Positions 10,591-21,003 of a stretch of DNA of 64,000 bases are shown here, one piece after another. Origin of the DNA: Promethearchaeota archaeon (lineage in GTDB: Archaea > Asgardarchaeota > Lokiarchaeia > Sigyniarchaeales > SOKP01); contig JBHLOC010000001.1 of assembly GCA_048940925.1 (NCBI GenBank), positions 128,001 to 192,000 on the forward strand, written 5' to 3'. How positions within the stretch are numbered: position 1 is the first letter of the stretch; the number at the start of each line of letters is the position of its first letter. The position numbers and the translations under genes were made by a program. The notes below the pieces were generated by a model. It made no database searches. It was not told the origin of the DNA and saw only the letters and a program-made list of their open reading frames with translations.

Positions 10591-12099
10591 AGTCTTTTTC
10601 TGCCAATCAATACAGACTTGGGCCAAAGAAAGTTCTTCGGTATTTGATCGAAATTTCCTTTCTCTTATATCTATAAATACAGGATAATTTACCACAGCTC
10701 CCATCAATAACATTTCTCCAACACCCAAACTAGATATCATACTAGCATATTCTTTCGTTATAGATTCAGAACTATCCATAAGATGTTTCAAATCATATGG
10801 ATTTTTTATGTTTAAAATCATCTTAGAATTACACTGGGATAGAGCTGTTGTGCTTAATCTTTTTGGTCTTTGACTTATTAAGCATAAACAAGCCATGAAT
10901 TTTCTTCCTTCTCTTGCTACCATTTCAATAATTGGTTTAGAAATAGCCTTAGATTGAGCTGTTTCAGGACAGAATTGGTGTGCCTCTTCGATAATTAACA
11001 AAAATGGTGGAATTTTATTTAATCTCCGTAGGTTAAATAAACGATTACTTATATAATCTAAAATAATTTGTTTTTTTCTAATACTAATTTCTTTTTGGAG
11101 ATTGAAGATGGTTATCTCTTGGTTAGTTATAATCTTATCTAATTCAGGATTTTCTTGACACCCAAATAAAGTTAAGCGCTCCAACTCTGATATCCAGCCT
11201 ATTAAGGCTTGTTTTGTATTTTTATTTCCGTCAGGTTCATTTTCAATTGACTCAATAATATCATTTAAAGTATAATGATTCTTTTTCTCCTTTTTTAATC
11301 TTTTGATATATTTTGTCAATTCCCTTACTTGAACATTTGAGATTAGATCTTGATATTTTTTATATGAATAAGGAGAGATTTTTGGCACAGCTATCTGCAA
11401 ATATGAGACATCATATATCTTAACTTTATTCTTTAATGTCGGTATATTCTGCAGATAAGAATATTCTCCATGAACATCAAATAATATTATAGCGGGTGTT
11501 CCACATTCTTCTTTTCTTGTAAGCAATTCCTCAATAAGAATTGAAGTGAGATAACTTTTTCCACCTCCTGAAATTGAAAGTATTGCAAAATGTTTGTTTA
11601 GCAAACGATTCATATTAATTTTAGCTTCTGCATTAATCACCTTAACTGTCCCTAAATTTAATCCAAATTCCGTGTCAAACCCAATAAATTTATTTAAAAC
11701 ATCTTCATCAACAACATATACCTCTCTCCCAGGACTAGCGGGATAGGTCATTCTTTTAATTTTTTCAAGTTCAATTTTATTTTTATCCTTGAATATTATA
11801 ACGCCCAAGCATTTTACAATAGCTATAGCAAATTCAAAATCATCGCTTGGAAAAAGTCCTTTTAAAATATTAGGATTACTTTTATTATAGGCTTTTATTG
11901 TCAAAGCATCAGTAAAATATTCATTTAGTAGTAGTATTTTTTCAATAATTCCAATCAAATATCCTTCAATAGAGTTTGTGTAAACAAATAAACCTTTTTG
12001 CACGAACGTTCCTTCTTTTCTTCTATTAATAACAAAAGGAAAATGTGATACATCAGGTAATTGTAAGTAATTAAATATAGTTCCTACTTTAGTTGCCAT
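10582..12099 (-). CDS. HerA-like/DUF87 ATPase
   Basis: KHFAILSISGGGKS, DVHGEY, IIEEAH, AREGRKF, SQRP. Confidence 0.9.
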   Translation of the reverse strand: MATKVGTIFNYLQLPDVSHFPFVINRRKEGTFVQKGLFVYTNSIEGYLIGIIEKILLLNEYFTDALTIKAYNKSNPNILKGLFPSDDFEFAIAIVKCLGVIIFKDKNKIELEKIKRMTYPASPGREVYVVDEDVLNKFIGFDTEFGLNLGTVKVINAEAKINMNRLLNKHFAILSISGGGKSYLTSILIEELLTRKEECGTPAIILFDVHGEYSYLQNIPTLKNKVKIYDVSYLQIAVPKISPYSYKKYQDLISNVQVRELTKYIKRLKKEKKNHYTLNDIIESIENEPDGNKNTKQALIGWISELERLTLFGCQENPELDKIITNQEITIFNLQKEISIRKKQIILDYISNRLFNLRRLNKIPPFLLIIEEAHQFCPETAQSKAISKPIIEMVAREGRKFMACLCLISQRPKRLSTTALSQCNSKMILNIKNPYDLKHLMDSSESITKEYASMISSLGVGEMLLMGAVVNYPVFIDIRERKFRSNTEELSLAQVCIDWQKKTLS

Positions 12100-12235
12100 A
12101 AAATTAAATCAGTAAAAAAAATTGATTAAATATCTAATTTGAATTTATTAAACGATAGATTTACATAAAAAAAGAATAAGAGCACAAAATTTCTAATTTA
12201 ATCAAAAAATTCGAAGATATTGTTAAAGTTGCTAA

Positions 12236-12871
12236 TTAATATGTTTTTTTCTGTTCCTCTTGATCAATTTTCTCTATCGCTCCTATTAGCCTCAAGAGTA
12301 AATAATATCCATTCTTCCAGAAATATATAAAGAACAACGAAGTTAAGACTACAATGAAAAGAGAAATGCCGACAAATAATACCCAAGGTCCTGTACTTCC
12401 AAATATTTCTGCCAAAGACGAGGACCCACCTGAAGAAACAGTAACAACATCTTGTACAATTGCAAATATGACTCCTATAATAATTGCAATTAAACTGATT
12501 AGTAAACCTCCTGCAGCAATTTTTACATCAGTACGATTTTTATACTTTTCCTCAAGTTCTCGTTTTTTATATATAAACTTAATTAAAGATCGTGTGGATT
12601 TCTTAAATAATCCAAAGAAGAAAATCAACAAGAAAAATAAACCGGCTAAAAGCCCTGCTATAATGGCTATTTGATATCCTAAACTAAGATTCAAAAATTG
12701 TTCTAATTTACCAGTACGCCCAATAAAAAGGTCTGCAAATGTCCATACAATTCCTCCTAAGCTTACTATACTAGCAATGACAATCAAAATGTAAAAGATT
12801 GATGCTATTAGTTTTTGAATTTTACTATACTCTCTATCTATAATTGAAGAATTATTTTCCATTTTTTTCAC
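12236..12871 (-). CDS. Hypothetical membrane protein (about 4 TM, two-repeat architecture)
   Basis: Four hydrophobic segments in two similar hairpins. Confidence 0.7.
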   Translation of the reverse strand: MKKMENNSSIIDREYSKIQKLIASIFYILIVIASIVSLGGIVWTFADLFIGRTGKLEQFLNLSLGYQIAIIAGLLAGLFFLLIFFFGLFKKSTRSLIKFIYKKRELEEKYKNRTDVKIAAGGLLISLIAIIIGVIFAIVQDVVTVSSGGSSSLAEIFGSTGPWVLFVGISLFIVVLTSLFFIYFWKNGYYLLLRLIGAIEKIDQEEQKKTY

Positions 12872-13041
12872 ATTTAATATTTTTATTGTATTATGTTGAT
12901 TTGTACTATTTCTGTGTTCTTCTCTGTTGTTTTCAGTATTATAAAAGGAATTTTCCTCCCTATAATACCAAGTAATTTTAATTATGGAAAAAATAACATT
13001 TAAAATATATAAAATTGCGTATTATGAGGAAAATTCTAATA

Positions 13042-14577
13042 TTATTCAGATTTTGTATGTAAGATCATATCATCAAATTTCTTATATAAACTTTTATTGT
13101 TCAAACAATTATACATTTCATAAGAGAATTTATAGAATTTCTCATATATTTTGTGACGATCACTGTTAGGAAGCCATTTTTTTTCGATTTTGCATAAACT
13201 TTTAGCAGCTTTTCCGATATCTGAAAAAATTCCTGCTCCTGATGCCGCTAAAATTGCAGCTCCTAATGAAGTTGATTCTTCTACGACATTTCGAACACAT
13301 GTAATTCCTAATACATCAGCATAAATCTGATTCCAAAAATCAGAGCGAGACCCTCCACCAGTTAGCATTAATTCTTTTGGTTCAATTCCCAATTCTTTAA
13401 AAACTTCAAAATTTTTTCTTATTTCATAGGCTACTCCCTCAAATACAGCCCTATATAGATCCTTACGCTCATGACCTAACGCTAAACCAAAAATAGTACC
13501 TTTTGCATGGGGATTCCAATGAGGTGCTCCAGCACCAACAAAATGGGGTATAAGGAGCAATCCATTTGCTCCAATAGGCGATTTTTCTGCTTCAGCGGAG
13601 ATTAAATCATAAGGATCTTGACCCTCTTGAGCAGCAATGCATTCTGCATATCCTAATTGATCTCGAAACCACCTAAGTACAGCTCCTGTTGTAAAAATGC
13701 TAGCCTCTTGTACCCAAGTCCCTGGAACTGCATGACAACTGCATAAGACTCGTAATTCTGGATCAAATTTCGGTTGGGACAGATATGCTAAAATAAAACT
13801 GCCAGTTCCCGTAGTGCACTTTAATTCTCCAGGAGACACAACTCCCACACCTAAGGCTGCAGATTGCTGATCTCCTGCTCCAGTTATAACTAATGTCTTT
13901 TTATCGAATAGAGTTTCCTCAGTTACTATTTCACCTATATCAACTCCGCTTTCTAGAATACCTGGCATTTTATCCAAATCAATTTCCAATTCAGATGCAA
14001 TTTCCTCAGAATATGCTAATTTATTAATATCAAATAACATCGTTCTACTCAAATTACTATGATCACTCACAAATTTTCCCGTTAGTTTATAAAGAATATA
14101 ATCTGATACTAACAAAAATTTATGAGTCTTCTGGTAGATGTCTGGCTTTTTATCTTTGAACCAAAGAATTTTAGGTGCCGAAAAATATGGGTCAATTGTT
14201 AAGCCTGTTGTGTTGTATATTTTATCCACACCTACTTGTTTCTTAATAAAGTCGACTTGCTCCGTAGTTCGACGATCTTGCCAGACGAGCGCATTATACA
14301 GTGGATTTCCTTGATGATCTACAGGTACAATAGTCTCTCGCTGATTAGTAACAGAAAGGCTCACAATCTCTGTCTTATCAATTCCACTCTTTTTAATTGC
14401 TCTTTCTATTGTTATTTTAAGTGAATTCCACCATATATTTGCATCCTGCTCGACATATGACGGTGAAGGATAAAAGCTTTGCCACTCTTGGTAATCACTG
14501 GCAATTATTGTACCAGTTAAATCAAAAATAAATGTCCTACAACCAGTAGTTCCTAAATCTAAAGCAGCAACAAACAT
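13042..14577 (-). CDS. FGGY-family sugar kinase (xylulokinase/glycerol kinase-like)
   Basis: DLGTTG, NQRET, WQDRR, GDQQSA, GGGSRS. Confidence 0.93.
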   Translation of the reverse strand: MFVAALDLGTTGCRTFIFDLTGTIIASDYQEWQSFYPSPSYVEQDANIWWNSLKITIERAIKKSGIDKTEIVSLSVTNQRETIVPVDHQGNPLYNALVWQDRRTTEQVDFIKKQVGVDKIYNTTGLTIDPYFSAPKILWFKDKKPDIYQKTHKFLLVSDYILYKLTGKFVSDHSNLSRTMLFDINKLAYSEEIASELEIDLDKMPGILESGVDIGEIVTEETLFDKKTLVITGAGDQQSAALGVGVVSPGELKCTTGTGSFILAYLSQPKFDPELRVLCSCHAVPGTWVQEASIFTTGAVLRWFRDQLGYAECIAAQEGQDPYDLISAEAEKSPIGANGLLLIPHFVGAGAPHWNPHAKGTIFGLALGHERKDLYRAVFEGVAYEIRKNFEVFKELGIEPKELMLTGGGSRSDFWNQIYADVLGITCVRNVVEESTSLGAAILAASGAGIFSDIGKAAKSLCKIEKKWLPNSDRHKIYEKFYKFSYEMYNCLNNKSLYKKFDDMILHTKSE

Positions 14578-14661
14578 TTCTATTTAATCTCTTAATAATT
14601 GAATTCGATATTAAAATTAAGGTTATAAGTCTTAATAAAGTTCATCGTTCATAATTAAAGA

Positions 14662-15342
14662 TTATTTATTCTTTTTATAGCCACAACGCGGACATACTAA
14701 TTGCCCAAAGCCAACTCTAAAATCTAACCCTGATAGGTCCATTAATAATTCATTACAAATTGGACACCTAGGTTCATAATTGGGAAACCAATTTCCTGAA
14801 ATATTAGGTTGCGTTTTTAACATCTCAATAAATTTAATTCTATCATATTGGTCTTTGCTTAATTGGAAAAGCTGTTGTTCTTGGGCTATAGATTTCCCTT
14901 TAGGAGTAAGTATCATTAAAAATTTTATTTTTGATGGATTATTTAACAAAGTGAGTGTTCTTAGTATTGCTTCTTTACCATGCTCCGAAAATAATTTAGC
15001 TAATTCTGGTGGGGCAATACCAACCAATATTCCTTGCTCTTTTTCTTTTTGAAATAAAAACTGAAACATTCGATTTTGAACATCAAAAGCCCATAAGAAG
15101 TTCCAATTTTGAATATCATAATCATTATTAGAGGGACCCACTATTCTTTTTATGCTCTGAATCCAAGAGTAATGATGATTTTTATTTACATTTGAACTAA
15201 GGTCGTCAAAAAAGATGGGTTCTATAACAGGATACGTTTTAAAAATACTCTTCATTGACATAACTCGTATTTTAGTTAATTCACCTGTTTTAAGATTATC
15301 CCAAGTATCAGTTAATGCGAATATAGTAAAAAAATCAGTCAT
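14662..15342 (-). CDS. Hypothetical protein with C-terminal Zn ribbon
   Basis: CPIC...CPRCG at the C terminus. Confidence 0.7.
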   Translation of the reverse strand: MTDFFTIFALTDTWDNLKTGELTKIRVMSMKSIFKTYPVIEPIFFDDLSSNVNKNHHYSWIQSIKRIVGPSNNDYDIQNWNFLWAFDVQNRMFQFLFQKEKEQGILVGIAPPELAKLFSEHGKEAILRTLTLLNNPSKIKFLMILTPKGKSIAQEQQLFQLSKDQYDRIKFIEMLKTQPNISGNWFPNYEPRCPICNELLMDLSGLDFRVGFGQLVCPRCGYKKNK

Positions 15343-15429
15343 ATAATACCTATAGAGTCAATTAATAAAAAATCTCTTATTATGTATAATTGAAAATATT
15401 TAAAGTCAGCATTAAATATTATATTTGGT

Positions 15430-16581
15430 ATGAATACAATTTGGGATACTAAAGCTGATGCCGTCAATAAAGGAGACAAATTAAGAAATGTTTATCCTAT
15501 ACATGATAAGACTGAAGTGGATGAATTCGGTTTTACGCATTATGTATTCAGTAAGAACTTGTTTAATAATCCCTGGTATAATATCCCTGAAAACGACTTA
15601 GAATTGTTTAAAAAATTTTTGGAGGGAGGATCAAGAGCATATCCTTCCGATGGCAAAATTCCGTGTGATATTGTTGCAGGAGAGGCAAGGAAAATAATTA
15701 ATAGAATAGTTGATATTTCGAAAGAACCTAGTAATGTGTATTATAATGATGCTTGTGAAACACTAAAGGATGGAAAATTTGGGTTAGTTCGTGGAACTCT
15801 GAAATTATATTTAGCAAAATATACGACTAGAGATTGGAGAAGAAAGAGATTCACTGATGATATCGATTTTTGGACTTTTCAAATTCATTTATTAGACCAT
15901 GTATTAAGAAAACTGGGGTGGATTAAGAATAAAGAAACGGGGGAATGGGAGAAGAAAGTGGAATGGACTAATCCCGATACTGGTGAAGTAAGACATGAAG
16001 CACTTTGTGCGGCAAATAATTTGAATCAATTACTCGATTTTGGAGCTGGTAGTTACTTAGAGGGAACAAAGCTAGGAGAGATTTTTAATAAAAAAATAAA
16101 AAGAGGTCACGATGTAGATCTAAGTGATATAATTAATGTAGCCTTGCATAATGATGGTTTATCAGGTAAAAATGTGGAAGAATGGAATGATGCTTGGGTT
16201 TCTTTTGATGCAGCGACTAATACTAGGAGCACTAGAATTACTTCAAACCTAATTAGTCTGTGTAGATATTCATTAGGTATTGCTGATCATTTAGAAAAAG
16301 TTAGTAATGCTATAAGTAAATATCATGAGAGAATCCTTGATATAAATGAGTATCCTGATGAGAGTTTAGAAAAAATATGTAAAATGTCAATTCATTGGAT
16401 GAAATATTTGAAAAAAAATGGTCCTAATGAAACAAGAAATATGATACATGAATTTTTAGTTGAGCAGAAAGATGAAAAGAAACTACATGCCAAGAATCTA
16501 AGGAAATTTACAGATAAAGTTTTAAATTTACTAAATTCAAAATACGAATATCTTAAAGTTAAATTTGAAATTGAATCCTAG
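15430..16581 (+). CDS. Hypothetical protein, possible nucleotidyltransferase fold
   Basis: 383-aa ORF; RFTDDIDF and KIKRGHDVDLSD motifs. Confidence 0.6.
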   Translation: MNTIWDTKADAVNKGDKLRNVYPIHDKTEVDEFGFTHYVFSKNLFNNPWYNIPENDLELFKKFLEGGSRAYPSDGKIPCDIVAGEARKIINRIVDISKEPSNVYYNDACETLKDGKFGLVRGTLKLYLAKYTTRDWRRKRFTDDIDFWTFQIHLLDHVLRKLGWIKNKETGEWEKKVEWTNPDTGEVRHEALCAANNLNQLLDFGAGSYLEGTKLGEIFNKKIKRGHDVDLSDIINVALHNDGLSGKNVEEWNDAWVSFDAATNTRSTRITSNLISLCRYSLGIADHLEKVSNAISKYHERILDINEYPDESLEKICKMSIHWMKYLKKNGPNETRNMIHEFLVEQKDEKKLHAKNLRKFTDKVLNLLNSKYEYLKVKFEIES

Positions 16582-16617
16582 AAACAAAGTATTATTAATT
16601 AAAAAAGAAAAAAAGTT

Positions 16618-17889
16618 CTATTTAGTTGGAATTTCTTGCTTGATCTCACGTAATTCTTCAAGATTGGACTCTTTTATTTTTAAAAACCGAGTTTGAGTAA
16701 CTCCATGAAGTAGCCAAAATCCAATCATAGCAATAAAACACAAAATTCCAGCAAAATACCATACCCAATTAGGACCTATATTATCTAATACTAATCCAGC
16801 GAGATAAACTCCAAATAAATTTGGAATTGCCCAATGGAAACCATAAGCAGCCATATACCGCCCTCGTTTATCTTCTGGTGCAAAACGTGCTGCTGTAGTC
16901 TGTCCAGTAGGCATGGCAATCATTTCACCTATGGTGATAATTACCATAGCAACGAAGAATAAGTATGGTTCAGAGATAAAGCCATACATCCCAAAACCAA
17001 TCATATAAAAGAATGTTCCAAGAGTTATCATTTTTAAAGGATTATACTTTGAAATCCTTCTACTTATCCAGAATTGAAAGCACACCACCATTGCTGCATT
17101 CATACTCAACAATAGAGCATAACCCTGTGCTGGAAACCCATGGAATGTCCATAAGAATACTGATAATGTTGTATTCATTTGCATGTATACTAATACTGTT
17201 AGCGCTGAAACTGAGAGGAATAATACGTATACCCAATCCTTTAATACATCTTTATATCCAATTATAGATTTCATCATTGTTTCTTCTGGTTCATTATCCT
17301 GCTTTTGAGGCTTAGTCTCAGGAATAGTAATAAATACTATAATAGCTGTAATTATACTACTGATAGCATCTGCAATAAATACCAACATGTAGGATTGTTC
17401 TACTAAAAAACCACCAAGTAAAGGTCCAATCGTTGCTGAAAGATTAACAGCCACTCGTAGTATTCCAAATCCTTCTGCTCGTTTTTCAGGGGGAAGTAAG
17501 TCTGCTACCATAGCTTGTCTTGCTGGACCTCCAAAATTACCAAATGTACCTAAAAATGCAGCGATAATGTAGAAGAGAATAAGATCATTAACTAATCCCA
17601 TTATTACACTTCCCATACCACTTATTACTAAACCTATCAGGGCAATTGTTCGACGACCAAATTTATCCGCAAATGCTCCTCCGACAATCCCTCCAATTAT
17701 ATTTCCCGCCGAGAATATTGAAAATAATATTCCAACTTCGGTCATCCCGACGCCAAAATGAATAGTAATATATAACGAGAAAAAAGGAAATAATAAAAAA
17801 CCTCCCAAACGATCAATAAAAGTAGCTAATGTCAATACTTTAAATGTATTAGGAAATTCCCTATATGTTCGTTTAATTTTTGTGAACAT
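16618..17889 (-). CDS. MFS transporter (tandem paralog 1)
   Basis: About 12 TM; motif A GAFADKFGRR. Confidence 0.93.
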   Translation of the reverse strand: MFTKIKRTYREFPNTFKVLTLATFIDRLGGFLLFPFFSLYITIHFGVGMTEVGILFSIFSAGNIIGGIVGGAFADKFGRRTIALIGLVISGMGSVIMGLVNDLILFYIIAAFLGTFGNFGGPARQAMVADLLPPEKRAEGFGILRVAVNLSATIGPLLGGFLVEQSYMLVFIADAISSIITAIIVFITIPETKPQKQDNEPEETMMKSIIGYKDVLKDWVYVLFLSVSALTVLVYMQMNTTLSVFLWTFHGFPAQGYALLLSMNAAMVVCFQFWISRRISKYNPLKMITLGTFFYMIGFGMYGFISEPYLFFVAMVIITIGEMIAMPTGQTTAARFAPEDKRGRYMAAYGFHWAIPNLFGVYLAGLVLDNIGPNWVWYFAGILCFIAMIGFWLLHGVTQTRFLKIKESNLEELREIKQEIPTK

Positions 17890-17967
17890 GATTAGATGCT
17901 TTAATTGAGAGTTAATTATAATTTAATATTACTATAAAATTACTTTAATGAGTCTAAAATGTTAATG

Positions 17968-18005
17968 ATATTTATAGTTATGAATGTTGAAATACATTTG
18001 AACCT
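17968..18005 (-). promoter_or_regulatory. Conserved promoter block upstream of MFS paralog 1
   Basis: 30/38 identical to 19538-19575; contains TATAAATA on the minus strand. Confidence 0.6.
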
Positions 18006-18061
18006 ATTTTTAATTTTTCCTAATAAAGTAATTTTAGTAACTTTAATTTTTAAGAAATTCT

Positions 18062-18083
18062 TCGTGAAAGATGCGTTTCACGA
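18062..18083. terminator. Inverted repeat between the MFS paralogs
   Basis: TCGTGAAA-gatgcg-TTTCACGA, 8-bp perfect stem. Confidence 0.4.
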
Positions 18084-18150
18084 TCATGGATGAATTGTTT
18101 TATTCTAAAATTATGTATTAATTAACGATGAGAAAAAAAAGTAAAAGTTC

Positions 18151-19419
18151 TTATTCGATAGAAGGAATAGCCATTTCGACCAATTCTTCTTTGAAAGGTT
18201 CTTTTTCTTTCGAAAACCGATCTTTAGTAATCCAAAAAAGTAACCAAAACCCAATAATTGAAATCAGAGATAGAAATCCAGCGAAATACCATACCCAGTT
18301 TGGTCCAATATACTCCATAACTATTCCTGCAACTAAAACTCCAAACAGATTTGGAATCATCCACTGAAAAGCATACATAGCCATATACCTTCCGCGTTTA
18401 TCTTCTGAAGCAAATGTTGCTGCGACACTTTGACCAAGAGGGAATACAATACATTCACCTACTGTGATAATGCCCATAGCAACAAAAAACAGATATGGCT
18501 CAGAAATAAAACCATACATCCCAAAACCAATCATAAGAAAAATCGTTCCAAAAGCCATCATTTTCATCGGACTATATTTTGAAATCTTCCTAGTTATCCA
18601 GAATTGAAAAATCACTACTATTAGCGCATTCATACTTAGCAATAGGGCAAATCCTTGTACGGGGAACCCATGAACATCTCTTAAGAATACTGAAAGTGTA
18701 CTATTCATTTGCATATACACTAAAACCGTTATAGCTGACACTATAATAAATATCATAAATTTCCAGTCCTTTATTACTTCTTTATATCCTATTAGGGTTT
18801 TCATGACCGTTTCTTTTGAGGTGTCATCCTGAGTTTGAGGCTTGGTCTCTGGAATAACAATGAACACAATAATAGCTGTAATAATACTGCTTACTGCATC
18901 TGAAATAAATAATAAAAAATAGGATCTGGTTGCTATAAATCCACCTAAAAGAGGACCAATCACGGCTGAGAGATTAAAAGCTACTCGTAGGATTCCAAAT
19001 CCTTCGGTTTGTTTTTCTTTTGGAAGTAAATCCGCCACCATTGCTTGTCGTGCAGGACCTCCAAAATTGCCTATCAAACCTAGAAATGCTGCAAGTAGAT
19101 AAAAAGTATTTAAATTATTAGCTAATCCCATTAAGATACTTCCTATCCCGCTTACAATTAAACCAATTAATACCATTGCACGACGCCCATATTTATCAGC
19201 TAAGGCTCCTCCAATTATACCACCACATATATTTCCCATAGAGAAGATTGAAAATAGGTATCCTACTTCAATCATTCCTACACCAAAACGTTCAGTTATA
19301 TACAATGCATAAAAAGGATATAATAAGAAGCTTCCTAACATATCAATGAAAGTAGCAAGAGTTAGCACCTTAAATGTCGTAGGATATTCATTATATACCT
19401 TTTTAATTTTACTGAACAT
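18151..19419 (-). CDS. MFS transporter (tandem paralog 2)
   Basis: Highly similar to 16618..17889; GALADKYGRR. Confidence 0.93.
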   Translation of the reverse strand: MFSKIKKVYNEYPTTFKVLTLATFIDMLGSFLLYPFYALYITERFGVGMIEVGYLFSIFSMGNICGGIIGGALADKYGRRAMVLIGLIVSGIGSILMGLANNLNTFYLLAAFLGLIGNFGGPARQAMVADLLPKEKQTEGFGILRVAFNLSAVIGPLLGGFIATRSYFLLFISDAVSSIITAIIVFIVIPETKPQTQDDTSKETVMKTLIGYKEVIKDWKFMIFIIVSAITVLVYMQMNSTLSVFLRDVHGFPVQGFALLLSMNALIVVIFQFWITRKISKYSPMKMMAFGTIFLMIGFGMYGFISEPYLFFVAMGIITVGECIVFPLGQSVAATFASEDKRGRYMAMYAFQWMIPNLFGVLVAGIVMEYIGPNWVWYFAGFLSLISIIGFWLLFWITKDRFSKEKEPFKEELVEMAIPSIE

Positions 19420-19537
19420 AGTTAAGTCATCTGTTTAATAATTCAAGATCGTAAAACATAGAATGTTATTTTTAAAACATTTTCCAAAATATTAACAATA
19501 AAATCTACTATATGGTGGGTAAAATAAGTAAATTTGA

Positions 19538-19575
19538 ATATTTATAGTTTAAAAAGTTGAACTTCATAGGAACCT
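19538..19575 (-). promoter_or_regulatory. Conserved promoter block upstream of MFS paralog 2
   Basis: Copy of 17968-18005. Confidence 0.6.
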
Positions 19576-19674
19576 TTGAACTATAAAAAAAGAAAGAATA
19601 ATAAAATTAAAACAAATTAGTATTTTTATTAAATTTATGATGAATTAATCCTTTAATAAACTAAAAAGTGAATT

Positions 19675-20925
19675 TTGAAAATGTATGATTATTTGTTAAC
19701 CCAGGAAAATCAAACTTTTAGAGAAGAAGTTCGCGAGTTTGTAAAAAATTCAGTTCCACCTTCTTTGTTGAAGAAAATGGATAAAGATGAGATTCAGTAT
19801 CCCTCAGATTGGTTGAAAGCTTTAGCGAAACAAAATCTAATTGGGATTAGATTCCCCAAAGAATATGGCGGTAGAGGTTTGAATTGGGAAAGTGAAATCA
19901 TTGCTCAAGAAGAAATAGGAGTATTAGGGAGCTCCCTTGCATGCTTGTTTTCATTACCAAGTATTTGTGGAGAAGCTCTAAACATGTTTGGCACAGAAAA
20001 CCAAAAGCAGAAATACCTTAAACCTATGTGTGAAGGAAAGAAATTTACGGCTGAAGCTTTAACAGAACCAAGAGGAGGATCAGATTTCTTTGGAGCAACG
20101 TGTACAGCAACTAAAGATGGAAATTATTATATTTTAAATGGAGAAAAACGATTTGTTGTTGGTGCGGAAGGTGCTGATTTCTTCTTAGTTTATGCTAAGA
20201 CTAATTTAGATCCTAAAGCAGATCCTCATAAAGCTTTAAGCTTATTTATAGTCGATAGAACAGAAGGTGTTAATACAGAATATTTATATAATTTACTTGG
20301 TACTAGAGGTGGTGGGGCCGGGAGAATTAGATTTGTTGATGTTAAAGTTCCAAAAGAAAATGTAGTTCTTGAGGAAGGTGCTGGTGGAAAAATCTTTTAT
20401 CAAATGATGGTTCCTGAGCGATTAACTACTGCATCAGGTTTTATAGGGCTTGCTCGTGCTTGTTTACGAATAGCGACAAAATATAGTACAAAAAGAAAAG
20501 CATTTGGACAACCGATCAGAAATTTTCAAGGAGTTAGCTTTTTAATAACTGATAGTATCACACTTTTAGACGCAGTAAGAGCTATTGTTTATAATACTGC
20601 TAGAAGTATCGATGCAGGAGCTCCAGCTGCGCTTCAAAGGCGATTAGTATCTGAATCAAAGAGGTTTTCAACGAAATCGTGTTGGAAAATAATAAATAAT
20701 TCGATGCAAGTTTTGGGAGGTATTGGTTATACAACAGTTTATCCAATAGAAAGATTACTCCGCGATGCCAGAATAGGTGAAATTTGGACGGGAACAACGG
20801 AAATAATGAATTTAATAATCCAACATGAGTATTATAAGGAAATTGTAAGTGATAAATGGCTTGGTCGTGATGTAGAAAGAGATGGTATTGATGCTAACCA
20901 TGAAGAAGAAAAACATTATGGTTAA
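19675..20925 (+). CDS. Acyl-CoA dehydrogenase
   Basis: ALTEPRGGSD, LNGEKRF, RKAFGQPI, QVLGGIGY, RDARIGEIWTGT. Confidence 0.95.
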   Translation: MKMYDYLLTQENQTFREEVREFVKNSVPPSLLKKMDKDEIQYPSDWLKALAKQNLIGIRFPKEYGGRGLNWESEIIAQEEIGVLGSSLACLFSLPSICGEALNMFGTENQKQKYLKPMCEGKKFTAEALTEPRGGSDFFGATCTATKDGNYYILNGEKRFVVGAEGADFFLVYAKTNLDPKADPHKALSLFIVDRTEGVNTEYLYNLLGTRGGGAGRIRFVDVKVPKENVVLEEGAGGKIFYQMMVPERLTTASGFIGLARACLRIATKYSTKRKAFGQPIRNFQGVSFLITDSITLLDAVRAIVYNTARSIDAGAPAALQRRLVSESKRFSTKSCWKIINNSMQVLGGIGYTTVYPIERLLRDARIGEIWTGTTEIMNLIIQHEYYKEIVSDKWLGRDVERDGIDANHEEEKHYG

Positions 20926-21003
20926 ATTGTCATAATGAAATTAAAGAAAAAATTTTTTTATTAAAATTTTATTTAGAACATATTCACCATAAAGAGAGTC
21001 CTA

